From a virus, in IMG/VR virus record IMGVR_UViG_3300005573_000857, positions 1 through 64,000 of that record: a stretch of 64,000 bases of DNA; one strand, given 5' to 3'. Positions 29,001 to 38,471 of the stretch are shown one piece after another. Position numbers and translations under genes: made by a program. Within the stretch, counting starts at the first letter, position 1. Each line of letters starts with the position of its first letter. The notes beneath the pieces are model-generated. The model saw only the letters and a program-made list of their open reading frames with translations, did not search any database and had not been told where the DNA came from.

Positions 29001-30102
29001 ACTAATTGGTTATGAGGAAGAGAGAGACGATATTGATGTGGCAGAAGGATACTTTGTCCAGAAAAGTCCGGGTGGTGTTGTAGTAGATATAGAAGTTTTC
29101 TGCAATACAAATCCAGCTAAGTTCCCGGCTTTGCGTGACTTAATTGAAAGAACGAACAAGAAGCATGGAGTATCAAGTGGTAACTACTACACGAGGGAAG
29201 GAAGATTTAAGGGAATAAAAGTTAGATTTAAAGTAGAGCAAGAGCTGAAAATTCAGCTTGGGGACAAGCTTTGCAACCGATACGGAAATAAGGGAATTAT
29301 CTCTCTTATTGAAAAAGACGACTTAATGCCAAGAACACCCTGGGGTGAAACAGTAGACGTCATACTAAATCCCATAGGTGTTTTAAGCAGAATGAACGTT
29401 GGCCAGTTATTTGAGATGTATACTGGCTTAATTTCTAGAGCGTTAGCTTTTAAGTTCTTGGTTTTGTCTAGGACACAAGCAATTGACTTAGCTCGAAAAG
29501 TCCTGCAAGTGTTAGACACATCTAAGAACCAGCAGTTTAGTTCTTCATTTATTAGAGCTCTTAGTAATTTGTCGGAACGAGCATACAAAGAGTTTCTTGA
29601 GAAGTTAAAGAAGAGTACTTTTTTACCGATTGTTATTCCTCCTTTTGCTGCACCAAAGCAAGACAAAATTCGAGCTGCCCTTAGACTGCTGGGCTTAGAA
29701 CCAGCGTATCATTTGTACTTGCCAGAATTTGGGACTAAAACTCATTACAAAGTTCCAGTTGGATACATGTACATCTTAAAGTTGGAGCATTTGGGCGAAA
29801 TGAAGCTCCATGCTAGGTCAACTGGTCCAACTATTTCGAGAACATTGCAGCCAACTGCTGGTAAGAGGAGAGAAGGAGGACAGAGAGTTGGTGAAGCCGA
29901 CACTTATGCCCTTATATCTCAAAACTGCTTAAAAGTTTTAGACGAACTATTTGGTCCTTTAAGCGACGATGTAGTTACTAAAGAAGAGATTATTTCAGAT
30001 ATCGTTAGGACTGGATCAGCTAAGTGGAGGCCATCGAAGACGTCTCCAATACGAGAGTTAGTAAACAGCTACTTTATAGCGTTAATGTTAGAGAGGCAGT
30101 AA
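26020..30102 (+). CDS. Phage RNA polymerase beta-like subunit, copy 1, with long N-terminal extension
   Basis: RNVHPS.FG.I.P..TPEG.NVG, ENND..R.MM..NQ.RQ, GYNFEDA, GDK...RYGNKG, KLEH, GGQRVGE. Confidence 0.95.
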   Translation: MIVFDRLRLYTMVTDGPKYYPLDKAHPFLLVYFSENSTFSEDYHKLNIRYMDVRSVVIPVTRYPRTRLMPDYRKLLRSYKLFPYPVGSQPPKQNLIYDTSLYVTSVDAALKPVNYRQRAGRYILSILDSAFAQFPDYRKTLLYVVDITKPFPKYINRKIFPVLMQIRDGNFLFDNFLLCTIGPKGPRYRLLMKDKQYNFQRLYMYVKATTYTEVEEEETEEKAEAAATLVVSSIPKEVLPEEKKDKVKQATKDFLKTDKSHMEKVLSKEVSDEYMSNLAIASVLQKVSGNFDRTKNLWKIMSVKKVDPSKVLKKVAKDVVDQILVKKPPVNTATDPVTKHMDVVDVTNRKSPEHLFQKRQIDFQTNLKKDVTNSFKVLEKKETPLYVKEVSIEDKEKKPGSLEPSDISVVKVSLQDASGRKHDVSIEIPKIDKFGTFRVNGQRKCLVNQVVTCPISFPKKYDSRFESSYSSFHIYSKRGRINYLEAFIASYKIPLLVLLSYVFGFEETLKAYGIKYKVQPKQEGEFSVKIAPKTFVVFENVDSELKRELVNSFSKAGLWKLDISAAFPTKEFFTEALHKITGRINSSYLVNEVTANVVDPVARQILINMQLPSDLFSIIFYMSSKVVEGYVQERTDLSNLRVRGSEVLTHLIQKQVLAAFTAYREQVLSGNKNPQFTISPTKVLHDFVNSDIVTLMEFANPVEEMSSITRTTPIGRGVGGIADREAIQIEARNVHPSFFGNIDPLDTPEGPNVGVTQQLAIDATVTSARGLFQVKPIDDREGAGILSTSTCLIPFVENNDGVRIMMAANQARQAQPLKDPEPPIVRSGFESLLTNVLSDNFVKRSPCNGVVRKVTRDSIVIACRTGKQVVDITPVHLRSGSGKNTLSVFIPKVVEGQSVKQGSIIAEGSCISDGTIALGRTLCVCLMPYKGYNFEDAIVINEKLVENDKLTSLHGITIDVDVSEKDRLLYIASIGQRTEKGQILLKKSIGEVEELIGYEEERDDIDVAEGYFVQKSPGGVVVDIEVFCNTNPAKFPALRDLIERTNKKHGVSSGNYYTREGRFKGIKVRFKVEQELKIQLGDKLCNRYGNKGIISLIEKDDLMPRTPWGETVDVILNPIGVLSRMNVGQLFEMYTGLISRALAFKFLVLSRTQAIDLARKVLQVLDTSKNQQFSSSFIRALSNLSERAYKEFLEKLKKSTFLPIVIPPFAAPKQDKIRAALRLLGLEPAYHLYLPEFGTKTHYKVPVGYMYILKLEHLGEMKLHARSTGPTISRTLQPTAGKRREGGQRVGEADTYALISQNCLKVLDELFGPLSDDVVTKEEIISDIVRTGSAKWRPSKTSPIRELVNSYFIALMLERQ

Positions 30103-30106
30103 ACTG

Positions 30107-30120
30107 CTATATATATTTCT
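30107..30120 (+). promoter_or_regulatory. CTATATATATTTCT putative phage promoter (copy 3)
   Basis: Identical to 21007-21020; intergenic. Confidence 0.6.
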
Positions 30121-30168
30121 TAGTGAAAGAAGTAACCAAGTCTTGTTTTTTTATGGAGGTTAAAGTGT

Positions 30169-30732
30169 GTGACGAAAGTTCTTAGTTCAATGCAAATCTT
30201 AGAGTTCGAAGAGCATGACGATGTAGATATTGCAGAAGAATCTAGTAAAGAGCATATGATGCAAGAAATAATATCTTCGCTTTCTACACCGTTATTTGAG
30301 TCTACATACAAGTTATTTATGCCAGAAGTACGTAAGCTTGACTTTGCCACTCAGCAACAGTTTTGTTCTTCTATTTTGGAGAGAGTCGGACAAGTTTATT
30401 CTTTTTCACCTATTGACGTTTCTCTAGAGAGCAAAGATGACATAGAAGATGTTTATAAGCTAGTGGAATTTCTTGAATTTGACAACTTGGACTTCTTTGC
30501 TAAACTTTTCAGAAAACTTAGGGCTAACCCACTTTTGGTCGACATACGTGAATTTCTTCAAGAGAAGAAGACAGAAGTAGACTCTTTTATATCCACATTT
30601 AGAAGTGGTTCGAGATTAATTGACCAGTTTCTTATGTCATATCAGTGGGAAAATATGCTGCATTTTTTGTCAGAACGAGCGTTTCGACAGAAGGTCGAAA
30701 TAGCGGTTACACTAGAAGGAGGAGAGATATGA
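30169..30732 (+). CDS. Acidic hypothetical protein
   Basis: GGAGG SD. Confidence 0.65.
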   Translation: MTKVLSSMQILEFEEHDDVDIAEESSKEHMMQEIISSLSTPLFESTYKLFMPEVRKLDFATQQQFCSSILERVGQVYSFSPIDVSLESKDDIEDVYKLVEFLEFDNLDFFAKLFRKLRANPLLVDIREFLQEKKTEVDSFISTFRSGSRLIDQFLMSYQWENMLHFLSERAFRQKVEIAVTLEGGEI

Positions 30733-30977
30733 AGATTAGAATTAAGAAAGGAAGTATTGTTTTTGAGGCCCCCAAAGCCGACTTGATGTCAGTTAATTCT
30801 ACGTGGGACGGTATCGTTTTTTCGTTTAGGGGTGGTATTGATTTAGTTTATACTAACGCGGATTTTCCTAATACGTCAAAAGACTTGATCGTGAATAGCT
30901 GCAACTCTTTTCAGAAAGCTGAGCTTACAGTAGACCTTGACAACCCATTGCATCCTGTAAAAGCTTCTATTTCGTGA
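30729..30977 (+). CDS. Hypothetical protein
   Basis: ATGA overlap and GGAGGAG SD (MKIRIKKG...). Confidence 0.6.
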   Translation: MKIRIKKGSIVFEAPKADLMSVNSTWDGIVFSFRGGIDLVYTNADFPNTSKDLIVNSCNSFQKAELTVDLDNPLHPVKASIS

Positions 30978-31052
30978 CAGAAAAAAAGCACCAAAAAAAG
31001 TTAGTAATGCATATTTTACGTTGAAAAAAAATAAGAAGGAGGAAGATAGAAT

Positions 31053-31928
31053 ATGTTTGAAGAATTTAAAGGCTTAACAGGTTTTGCTGCAAGAGAAATC
31101 GAAAAACCAGAAGAAGCATTCTTCCATAGTGTTTATATTAGTGGAATGCCCAGACAGAATCATCTTGGAATTGTAGAACAGCCTGGCAAACTTCAGATTC
31201 GAGGAGTTGAGTACAATTTAGATAGAGTTTCTCTAATTATAACGAATGTAAAAAATGTCCTAGTGAAGATGAAGACAGTTGGTGATAGAGAAGTGTTGGA
31301 TTGCTTCTCATATCAAGAGGGGCCACCTCCTTGGAAGGGCACATCTGGAAGAGTGTGTGGAAAAAATTCGGCGGAGCGTGCAGCAGTCGAGTTTTGCTCT
31401 GCATGCAGAAGCCACTTAATCGTAGCTGGCCTTTATACTGACGCAAACGGTGTTATTATAAGAGACCGTGAGACTGACAAACCGTTCTTTATTTTCATTA
31501 GAGCTAGGGGTTCTAAGTACGGCAAAGTTGCGGACTATTTGTCCGAACTAAGCAGGTTAGACTTGCCTCCAATTTTCGAGCCAGTGACTGAAGAATCTCG
31601 AGAATTCGAGAAACGAGTAGCTAATTTGTCTCGTTTCGTTACTAATGTAACTGTCGGTAAAGTGACTTTACAACGAGGAATCCATTCGGCTTTTGACTTA
31701 TCGAGAGGCACTGAACTTCCAAAAGCAGCAGTTATAGAAGTTCTTAAAATAGCTAAGAAAATTCTGCCAAAGTTTAAAGAAAAGTTCGATTGGTCTTTGA
31801 CGAAAGCTACTTCTGACTATAGCCAACTTGACGAAAGCCATAAGTTTGAAGAAAAAGCTGAGAAAGAGGTGAAGCCGGAGGAGAAGAAAGCTTCCTTTGA
31901 AGATATAATAAAAGGAATTGACTTCTAG
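31053..31928 (+). CDS. Possible ssDNA-binding protein
   Basis: Beta-rich core with a Cys cluster and a charged tail ending ..GIDF, as in phage SSBs. Confidence 0.4.
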   Translation: MFEEFKGLTGFAAREIEKPEEAFFHSVYISGMPRQNHLGIVEQPGKLQIRGVEYNLDRVSLIITNVKNVLVKMKTVGDREVLDCFSYQEGPPPWKGTSGRVCGKNSAERAAVEFCSACRSHLIVAGLYTDANGVIIRDRETDKPFFIFIRARGSKYGKVADYLSELSRLDLPPIFEPVTEESREFEKRVANLSRFVTNVTVGKVTLQRGIHSAFDLSRGTELPKAAVIEVLKIAKKILPKFKEKFDWSLTKATSDYSQLDESHKFEEKAEKEVKPEEKKASFEDIIKGIDF

Positions 31929-31942
31929 AAAAAGGAGGCTAA

Positions 31943-33166
31943 ATGAAAGAGGAAAGGGAAAAGAAGTACTACGAGCGATTAGACATCCCAATTCTGTCCA
32001 TCGATAGAATAAAGAAGCTCATAAAGGACGTGATATTAGAGACACTGGAGTGTTGGAAGCAAGGAAGGGAAGTCCAGAAAACAACTTTTCACATTATAGG
32101 ACCAGCTGGCGTTGGCAAGACTGACATATGTCGACCACACCAACTTCCGGCAGAACTTAGAAAAGAGACTGGCCAAGATTGGCAGTCTCTTATTATTAAA
32201 TGTCCAGTCTTGTCAAGAGACGACTTCTTGATTCCTTTTCCAGTAAAGGATAATGGTGAAACGAAGTTCAAGATGCTGTACTCAGACTTCGTTCCACTTG
32301 ACGAGAAGTCGTTCGGGTTGTTTGTTATCGACGAGTTTGGAAGAGGAGACCATAATCTACAGCAACTTATGTGGCAAGTCCAGAACGAATGCAAGATCCA
32401 TTTAAAGGACTTACCGCGGGGTTGGTTCGTTATAGCATGCGACAATCCAGCAGACAGAGAGTACTCAATGGACTTTCTTGAAGATGCTGCTGGTCTCCGG
32501 AGGATGTTGCATGTTTATGTAGAAGTGTCAGCCCCAGCATTCTTAGAGTATGCAAAACAAAGAGATTTTCATCCTTTGGTAATCCAGTATATCCAAGCAC
32601 ATCCGGACCACCTGTACGATTTCGCTGCACAAAGAGCTGGAGCAGTATACGCTAACCCAGCTAGCTGGGAACGAGTTTCGGACATACTGTGGATGTTTGA
32701 CCGAAGGGGAATAGTTAGTAACCTCTTCGACATTTCGAATCTGTTGTCTGGCTATCTTAATGTTTCGATGACTAGGCAGTTTATTGACTTCGTTAAAAAG
32801 GGTGAAGATATTCTTCCGAAAGATATTTTCATGAACTATGGAAAGGTTCGTAAGAGAGTCTTGAACCTAGTGCAATCGAAGGACAATGCTGCTCTTGGTA
32901 ATGTTATGAGAGCATTCTTAACTTACTTGAGTAGCGAGAGGCCGGACTTCAAGACAAAAGAGAAGAACATTTCCCAATTCGTAACAGACGTTCCAGCAGA
33001 TACCGCCGCCCTTATTGTGACCTTTGCCGATAGCTTACCAAAAGACTCGGAAGCGTTCAAGTATTTGAATGCGCTAAATGCGTACATGTGTAAGAGAGAT
33101 GAGAATTACAGAAAGAACTTTTACCAAACTATGGTAGACTACGGCAAAGCAGCAAGTGGAGTATAG
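31943..33166 (+). CDS. MoxR-like AAA+ ATPase
   Basis: GPAGVGKT, VIDEFGR, DAAGLRR, NPASWERVS. Confidence 0.85.
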   Translation: MKEEREKKYYERLDIPILSIDRIKKLIKDVILETLECWKQGREVQKTTFHIIGPAGVGKTDICRPHQLPAELRKETGQDWQSLIIKCPVLSRDDFLIPFPVKDNGETKFKMLYSDFVPLDEKSFGLFVIDEFGRGDHNLQQLMWQVQNECKIHLKDLPRGWFVIACDNPADREYSMDFLEDAAGLRRMLHVYVEVSAPAFLEYAKQRDFHPLVIQYIQAHPDHLYDFAAQRAGAVYANPASWERVSDILWMFDRRGIVSNLFDISNLLSGYLNVSMTRQFIDFVKKGEDILPKDIFMNYGKVRKRVLNLVQSKDNAALGNVMRAFLTYLSSERPDFKTKEKNISQFVTDVPADTAALIVTFADSLPKDSEAFKYLNALNAYMCKRDENYRKNFYQTMVDYGKAASGV

Positions 33167-33168
33167 GT

Positions 33169-34440
33169 ATGCTAGATGAAAAGTTGAGAGAATGCATCGT
33201 AAAATTAATGTTTAGCAAGGACAACTCATTTTGGGGCTACATCTTTTCTAGAGTGTCACGAGTTCCAGACTCTAATTTGCCGACTGTAATGGGTGTGACA
33301 ACGGTTGATTGTGAGTCATTCCAACTCATGTACAATCCGGAGCTTCTTCGTGACGCGGAAGACAACCAGATTATGCTTGTTCTCCAGCATGAGGGTGTGC
33401 ATCTGCTAAACATGCATCTTCCTCGTTTGCTTCGAATCTTCGGCAAAGAAACGAACTTAGCTAAAGAGAAGCAGAATATAGCATCTGATTGGAACATAGC
33501 TTGCGATATTTCAGCAAACGAGCTCATCGGACTGGAGCAACCATTTAAGTTTGGGCACTGCGAGATACGTCCACTAACTGCTAGTATGTTTGGTCTTCCA
33601 GAAGGAAAGACAGCGGAGTGGTACTACGAGTATATCCGCAAGAACGGAAAAAAAGTGAGTGCAGTAATGTCCTCAAGTGGTTCTGCTTCTAGGCTTGACG
33701 ACCACTCTGGTTGGTGGAAGTGTACTGAAAAAGTCCCAGATGTACTAGCTGCTTCCAGGAAGCTAGAATCGTTTTCCAAACAGCTGATTGCTGAAGCAGC
33801 GAATGAGTGTAGAGGCAACTTACCGATGGGTATAAAAGAAATTATAGACGAATTGTTGTCTGTGGGGGAACTTCAATATTACGAGCTAATTCGAAAACTT
33901 GTAAAAGGGAGTCTTCTGACAAAATGGCAGAAGTGCCTCACACGGATAAATCGGAAGCGAGTCTATACGTTCGTTACAAGTAAGGAAGACTTTATACCAG
34001 AAATTCCTCCCTTCCCTGGCAGGAAGAGAGATTTTAGCTATTATATAGGCTTGCTTCTAGATACGTCAGGGAGTATGAGTGCATCGGATATTCGCAGAGG
34101 GTTGTCTAGTATTAGAGACATTCTGGAGAACGACAGATCGTGCAAGATCACCGTTATCGAAGTTGACGCTCAAGTGCAGAAAGTCTATGACGTAAAGAAG
34201 ATAGCCGACATTCAGTACGATGTAAGAGGGCGGGGTGGAACGTACCTTAGCCCAGCCCTGTGGAAGTTCAAAGAGCTGGGTGTAGATGTAGTCTTGGCGT
34301 TTACTGATGGTTATTGCGAAGACTTAAGTAACACTCCAAGAAGTGTTCTGCCGAAAAAAATTATATGGATTATCAGTAGTAACGGAAGCTGCAGAGAGAT
34401 AAGTAATACAGGATTTATCTTGAGGTTGCCAGATAAGTGA
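33169..34440 (+). CDS. DUF2201-type metallopeptidase + VWA domain protein
   Basis: QHEGVH (HExxH), WNIACD..AN, LDDH, DTSGSMS (MIDAS), GRGGT, FTDG. Confidence 0.85.
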   Translation: MLDEKLRECIVKLMFSKDNSFWGYIFSRVSRVPDSNLPTVMGVTTVDCESFQLMYNPELLRDAEDNQIMLVLQHEGVHLLNMHLPRLLRIFGKETNLAKEKQNIASDWNIACDISANELIGLEQPFKFGHCEIRPLTASMFGLPEGKTAEWYYEYIRKNGKKVSAVMSSSGSASRLDDHSGWWKCTEKVPDVLAASRKLESFSKQLIAEAANECRGNLPMGIKEIIDELLSVGELQYYELIRKLVKGSLLTKWQKCLTRINRKRVYTFVTSKEDFIPEIPPFPGRKRDFSYYIGLLLDTSGSMSASDIRRGLSSIRDILENDRSCKITVIEVDAQVQKVYDVKKIADIQYDVRGRGGTYLSPALWKFKELGVDVVLAFTDGYCEDLSNTPRSVLPKKIIWIISSNGSCREISNTGFILRLPDK

Positions 34441-34445
34441 CATAG

Positions 34446-34496
34446 AGAGAAGACTAACCACTCTAAGAGCGGTGATTAGTCTTCTCTTTCTTTTTT
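34446..34496 (+). terminator. Rho-independent terminator
   Basis: AGAGAAGACTAA...TTAGTCTTCTCT stem followed by a T-rich run. Confidence 0.75.
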
Positions 34497-34511
34497 CGGA
34501 AAAGGGGGACC

Positions 34512-36308
34512 ATGAAAAAGTACGACGAGAAGGCTATAAAAGTTCTCGATCCAATATCTCACATTCGTCTAAATGCTGGAATGTATATTGGGGAGACTTC
34601 TAATCCAGTTCATTTAATTGAAGAGGCGCTAGATAATAGTTTAGACGAATGTCTAGCTGGCTATGCTAAGAAAGTAGCTGTCAATATTGATACGAAAGAA
34701 AATGTATATACAGTAATGGACGATGGGAGAGGAATTCCAATCCATAACAATGTTCCGGAAATTGTATCTACAGAACTTTTTTCCGGAGCTAAGTTTAAAG
34801 ATTCTAAAGATGCATATACGATATGTTCGGGTTTGCATGGAGTTGGCTTAGTAGCGATTAACGCTCTAAGTGAACAATATACTGTAGAAATTTATAGAGA
34901 CCAAAAACATGCTATCTTCGAATTTGAGAATTCTAAACTAAAAAACAGAAAGATTGAAGACTATAATGGAAGACAACCTTTTTCTACTAAAATTGCTTTC
35001 AAGCCAGACAGAACGATCTTTGAAAAGCTCATGCCAGATGTGGACCGAATTCGAAGACGGCTACTCGTAGCTTCTGTTGAGTTGAGTGAAGTTACTTTCG
35101 TACTAGCAGTAGACAATAAAAAAGAAGTTATAAAGCTTTCTCTCGAAGACTTCTTTAAGAATTATTGTATGTCTGAGAACGACCAGCTTATAGTTCCACT
35201 TGTTTCTTTGTCCGCTAAAAAGGGAATTGAAAGTCTAAGAGTTTCTTTTTCCTACTCTAGTACTGGTCCATCCCCAAAGATTCTCTCTTCTGTAAACTTG
35301 CTACCAGTAGAAGGAGGCGGAACTCATGTAACTTGCTTCTTAGACGTCTTGAAGACAGCTTTTTCTTCGAGAGGCAAGAAACTTAACCTGAAGTTCCAGC
35401 CGAATGACTGTGTAGCTGGACTAAGGTGTTATATAAGTTTAGAGTTAGAGAAACCTGAGTTCGTTGGGCAAACGAAAGACCGGCTAGTTAATAGTCCGAC
35501 CCATTTAGAAGACCTTTTTAAGAAGATTTCTCAAGAGCTAGAAAACTACCTTTCCGAACACCAAGATCAAGTTGAAGCTTTGCTAAATTTCTTCGAGGAC
35601 TATAGGTCACGGCTGGATCTAAGGAAGCTCAAGATTAGTGGTAGGACGACGTCAAGAGCTGCTACTAAATTGACGAAGTTAAGAGACTGTTCTTCAAGAA
35701 ACGGAGAACTCTTTATTGTAGAAGGAGATTCCGCCGAGAGTACTTTACTCCAGTGTAGAGATCCGAAAAGACACGCGATTTTGCCTCTTAGAGGCAAGAT
35801 AGCTTCTGCAGTAAACGTGAAAGACATTTTGGAAAACACTGAAGTTAAAGAGATAATTACTGCTTTGGGAATCGGTGTTTACCCTAATATAAACATGTCT
35901 AATTTGCGTTACGATAAAGTCATTATTATGACTGACGCTGACCCTGACGGAGGACATATCGCGTGTTTGGTTATAATGAATCTGGCAATACTAGTCCCAG
36001 ACTTAGTGAAGGCTGGCAAAGTTTATGTTTGTCAGACTCCACTTTATGCGATAAGTGACCCGAAAAAGAAGATTTTCATTCCGCTTTGGAGTGAGGAAGA
36101 ACTGAAGAAAGCTGTTCAAGAAGGGAAACCAATTTTAAGGGCTAAGGGACTTGGTGAATTAAATCCTGACCAGCTCGAAGAGTGTGCAATTGGTCCGAGG
36201 AGAAGACTTATAAAAGTTTCTTACACGAAAGATATCAACAAGCTAATTAAGCTCTTTTCCACTGCTATTGCTAAACGGGAGCTACTGGAAGGCAAGTTCG
36301 ACATCTAG
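34512..36308 (+). CDS. Type IIA topoisomerase ATPase subunit (GyrB/ParE-like)
   Basis: E..DNSLDE, DDGRGIP, GLHGVG, GGTH, VEGDSA, PLRGK, DADPDG, KGLGE. Confidence 0.93.
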   Translation: MKKYDEKAIKVLDPISHIRLNAGMYIGETSNPVHLIEEALDNSLDECLAGYAKKVAVNIDTKENVYTVMDDGRGIPIHNNVPEIVSTELFSGAKFKDSKDAYTICSGLHGVGLVAINALSEQYTVEIYRDQKHAIFEFENSKLKNRKIEDYNGRQPFSTKIAFKPDRTIFEKLMPDVDRIRRRLLVASVELSEVTFVLAVDNKKEVIKLSLEDFFKNYCMSENDQLIVPLVSLSAKKGIESLRVSFSYSSTGPSPKILSSVNLLPVEGGGTHVTCFLDVLKTAFSSRGKKLNLKFQPNDCVAGLRCYISLELEKPEFVGQTKDRLVNSPTHLEDLFKKISQELENYLSEHQDQVEALLNFFEDYRSRLDLRKLKISGRTTSRAATKLTKLRDCSSRNGELFIVEGDSAESTLLQCRDPKRHAILPLRGKIASAVNVKDILENTEVKEIITALGIGVYPNINMSNLRYDKVIIMTDADPDGGHIACLVIMNLAILVPDLVKAGKVYVCQTPLYAISDPKKKIFIPLWSEEELKKAVQEGKPILRAKGLGELNPDQLEECAIGPRRRLIKVSYTKDINKLIKLFSTAIAKRELLEGKFDI

Positions 36309-36318
36309 AAAGGAGCGA

Positions 36319-37647
36319 ATGGTGGATAAAATAATTAAGGAACTTTACTCCAACTACGGAGACCATGTAAATAAGTATAGAATGTTTCCACTTAGCTTAG
36401 ATGGATTAAGGCCGGTGGAACGTAGGGTGTTGCTTGTAGCTTACCAAGTCGCTAGAGAAAAGTTCCAAAAAGCTACAAAAGTTGACGGAACTACTCTAGC
36501 GAACTACCATCCACATGGTTCAGTTTTTGGAACTATGTGTAGACTAGTTCACAATGGTTTTCTAGACTCCCAGGGTTCCTGGGGGTCGAACGTTGGTATT
36601 AGCCCAGCACCTCCGGCAGCTCCAAGGTATGTAGAGTGTAAGCTTTCCCAGTTAACGCAAAAGTTGTGCTTTACTTTAATAGACCACGTACCTTGGGTAG
36701 AAGCAGAAGCGGACAAAAGTTTGCAAGAACCAGTTTTTCTACCTGCTATGTTTCCTCTCTGCTTGCTAGGTAACGAGCCTGTACAAGGAATAGGCTTTGG
36801 CTATAGAACATTCATTCCTTGCTATAGGCTTCGTGATCTTTACGATCGATTAATGTATCTACTTGGTGAGAAAAAAGAAAAGCCAGTTATAAAACCAGTT
36901 AGTGACTGTAAAGTTGTAGCTCCAACTAGTGAGTTAGAAAAGCTCTTGACTACTGGCAAAGCTACTATAGAACTGGAAGGAAAAATCGAAGTAGACAACG
37001 CCCACCATAAAGTGGTCTTAAGATCTTGGCCAAATAAGTCGTTCGAAAGTCTCATCTCTAAATTTAGGACAGAAATCAACGCCCAAGAAATCGGTTGGAT
37101 TGACCTCTCTACAGACGAGACAAAAATCGTATTTGAAGTTCTAAAGCAGAGGAATAGGGAGTCTACTTTCAAGAGCTTCGTGGAGAAGCTTAAGAAAGCA
37201 ATCCAAGGGCGTATTTCTTACGAAGTAATAGTAGTCGATTTTGCTAGTAACAAGCTTGTTGAAGTTGGAGTTGACGACCTTCTTTTAGCAAGTTTTACTA
37301 ACTATAGCGAAATAACTAAGGTGATGCTTGAAGCACAGAAAAAGAAAGTGCAGAGCATGATTACTGAATACAAAATGTTGCAAGAGATTCGACCCCACCT
37401 GCATAAGTACTTGAATATAACTGATGTAGATACAGTGGCTTCTAAACTTTCTCAAGACACTAGTATTCCAGTTGAGACAGTAAAGGACATGCTTTCTAGA
37501 TACCGGATATCTCGCCTGTTTTCAGTTTCTCTCGATATAAAAGAACTTGACGAGAGGCTGGCCGAAATTGACAACTCCCTTTCTAACCTTAAACAGTATG
37601 TACTGAAAGAGTACAAAGAACTTGCAGAGTTTTCTGCTACTTTGTGA
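36319..37647 (+). CDS. Type IIA topoisomerase breakage-reunion subunit (GyrA/ParC-like, no CTD pinwheel)
   Basis: DGLRPVERR, YHPHG, AAPRY (catalytic Tyr), GIGFG; only ~442 aa. Confidence 0.9.
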   Translation: MVDKIIKELYSNYGDHVNKYRMFPLSLDGLRPVERRVLLVAYQVAREKFQKATKVDGTTLANYHPHGSVFGTMCRLVHNGFLDSQGSWGSNVGISPAPPAAPRYVECKLSQLTQKLCFTLIDHVPWVEAEADKSLQEPVFLPAMFPLCLLGNEPVQGIGFGYRTFIPCYRLRDLYDRLMYLLGEKKEKPVIKPVSDCKVVAPTSELEKLLTTGKATIELEGKIEVDNAHHKVVLRSWPNKSFESLISKFRTEINAQEIGWIDLSTDETKIVFEVLKQRNRESTFKSFVEKLKKAIQGRISYEVIVVDFASNKLVEVGVDDLLLASFTNYSEITKVMLEAQKKKVQSMITEYKMLQEIRPHLHKYLNITDVDTVASKLSQDTSIPVETVKDMLSRYRISRLFSVSLDIKELDERLAEIDNSLSNLKQYVLKEYKELAEFSATL

Positions 37648-37967
37648 GAAAAATGAAGAAAGACGCAAAGCACGCAGTAAAGAAGTTCGGTCCTGGATAT
37701 GTTGTATGCCCAAAGTGCAATGGAAATGGAGAAGTAGTAGAAGAAGCTTACTTTCCTAATAATGTTATAGCCGAACACTCAGAAACTTCGAGACAAGAAA
37801 GGATGCGAACTTTAGAATGTAGAGAATACACAATGCACTTTGACATAAGAGAGAACCTTAAGTTTCCGATTCTTCGTATTTGTCAGGTGTGCTCCGGTAG
37901 AGGAAGCATATCTTTGTTTGAGTGCATAAAGATGGGTTTCGACCCGTTTCAGGCAAAGAACAGTTAG
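37644..37967 (+). CDS. Protein with DnaJ-type CxxCxGxG Zn repeats
   Basis: CPKCNGNG and CQVCSGRG. Confidence 0.6.
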   Translation: MRKMKKDAKHAVKKFGPGYVVCPKCNGNGEVVEEAYFPNNVIAEHSETSRQERMRTLECREYTMHFDIRENLKFPILRICQVCSGRGSISLFECIKMGFDPFQAKNS

Positions 37968-38045
37968 AAAAGAATGGATGGTAAAAAACCGACCTGACTT
38001 GGATGATCGTTGCAAGGTTGCTAGAAAAACTTCATGAGGTGCAAC

Positions 38046-38249
38046 ATGGATGCTTTTTTGACAGCATTAGAAATAGTCGTATTAACTGCAATGGCATTAC
38101 CGCTTGCGTACATCGGTGTAAGAATACTAATAGCTGGTTTATTCGACAACGAATACGATTGGATAGATGCAATTTTTGGCTTGACATTAACAGCAGTAAG
38201 CAGCCTGGGAGGCGGTGTTCTATTGATGCTATTGTCTAAAGGATGGTAA
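38046..38249 (+). CDS. Small two-TM membrane protein, paralog 1
   Basis: GAGGTG SD; two hydrophobic segments. Confidence 0.7.
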   Translation: MDAFLTALEIVVLTAMALPLAYIGVRILIAGLFDNEYDWIDAIFGLTLTAVSSLGGGVLLMLLSKGW

Positions 38250-38260
38250 AGAGGTGCAAC

Positions 38261-38461
38261 ATGGATGCTTTTTCGACGGCATTGGCAATAGCTATAATGG
38301 CTTGGATAGCACTACCACTTGCATATGTCGGTGTAAGAACATTAATAGATGGTTTATCTGGTAAGGATGGTTGGATAGATGTGATTTGTGGCTTGGCATT
38401 AATAGTAGTAAGTAGCCTAGCGAGCGGTGTCCTATTGCTGCTATTGTCTAAAAGATGGTAA
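38261..38461 (+). CDS. Small two-TM membrane protein, paralog 2
   Basis: Shares GAGGTGCAACATGGATGCTTTTT and ALPLAY.GVR.LI.GL with paralog 1. Confidence 0.7.
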   Translation: MDAFSTALAIAIMAWIALPLAYVGVRTLIDGLSGKDGWIDVICGLALIVVSSLASGVLLLLLSKRW

Positions 38462-38471
38462 GGAGTATAAC

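Noticed and set aside
22995-30102. Cellular rpoB/rpoC operon
   Set aside because: Reversed order, short beta', no ribosomal-protein neighbours, adjacent baseplate genes, and a second copy in the same window.
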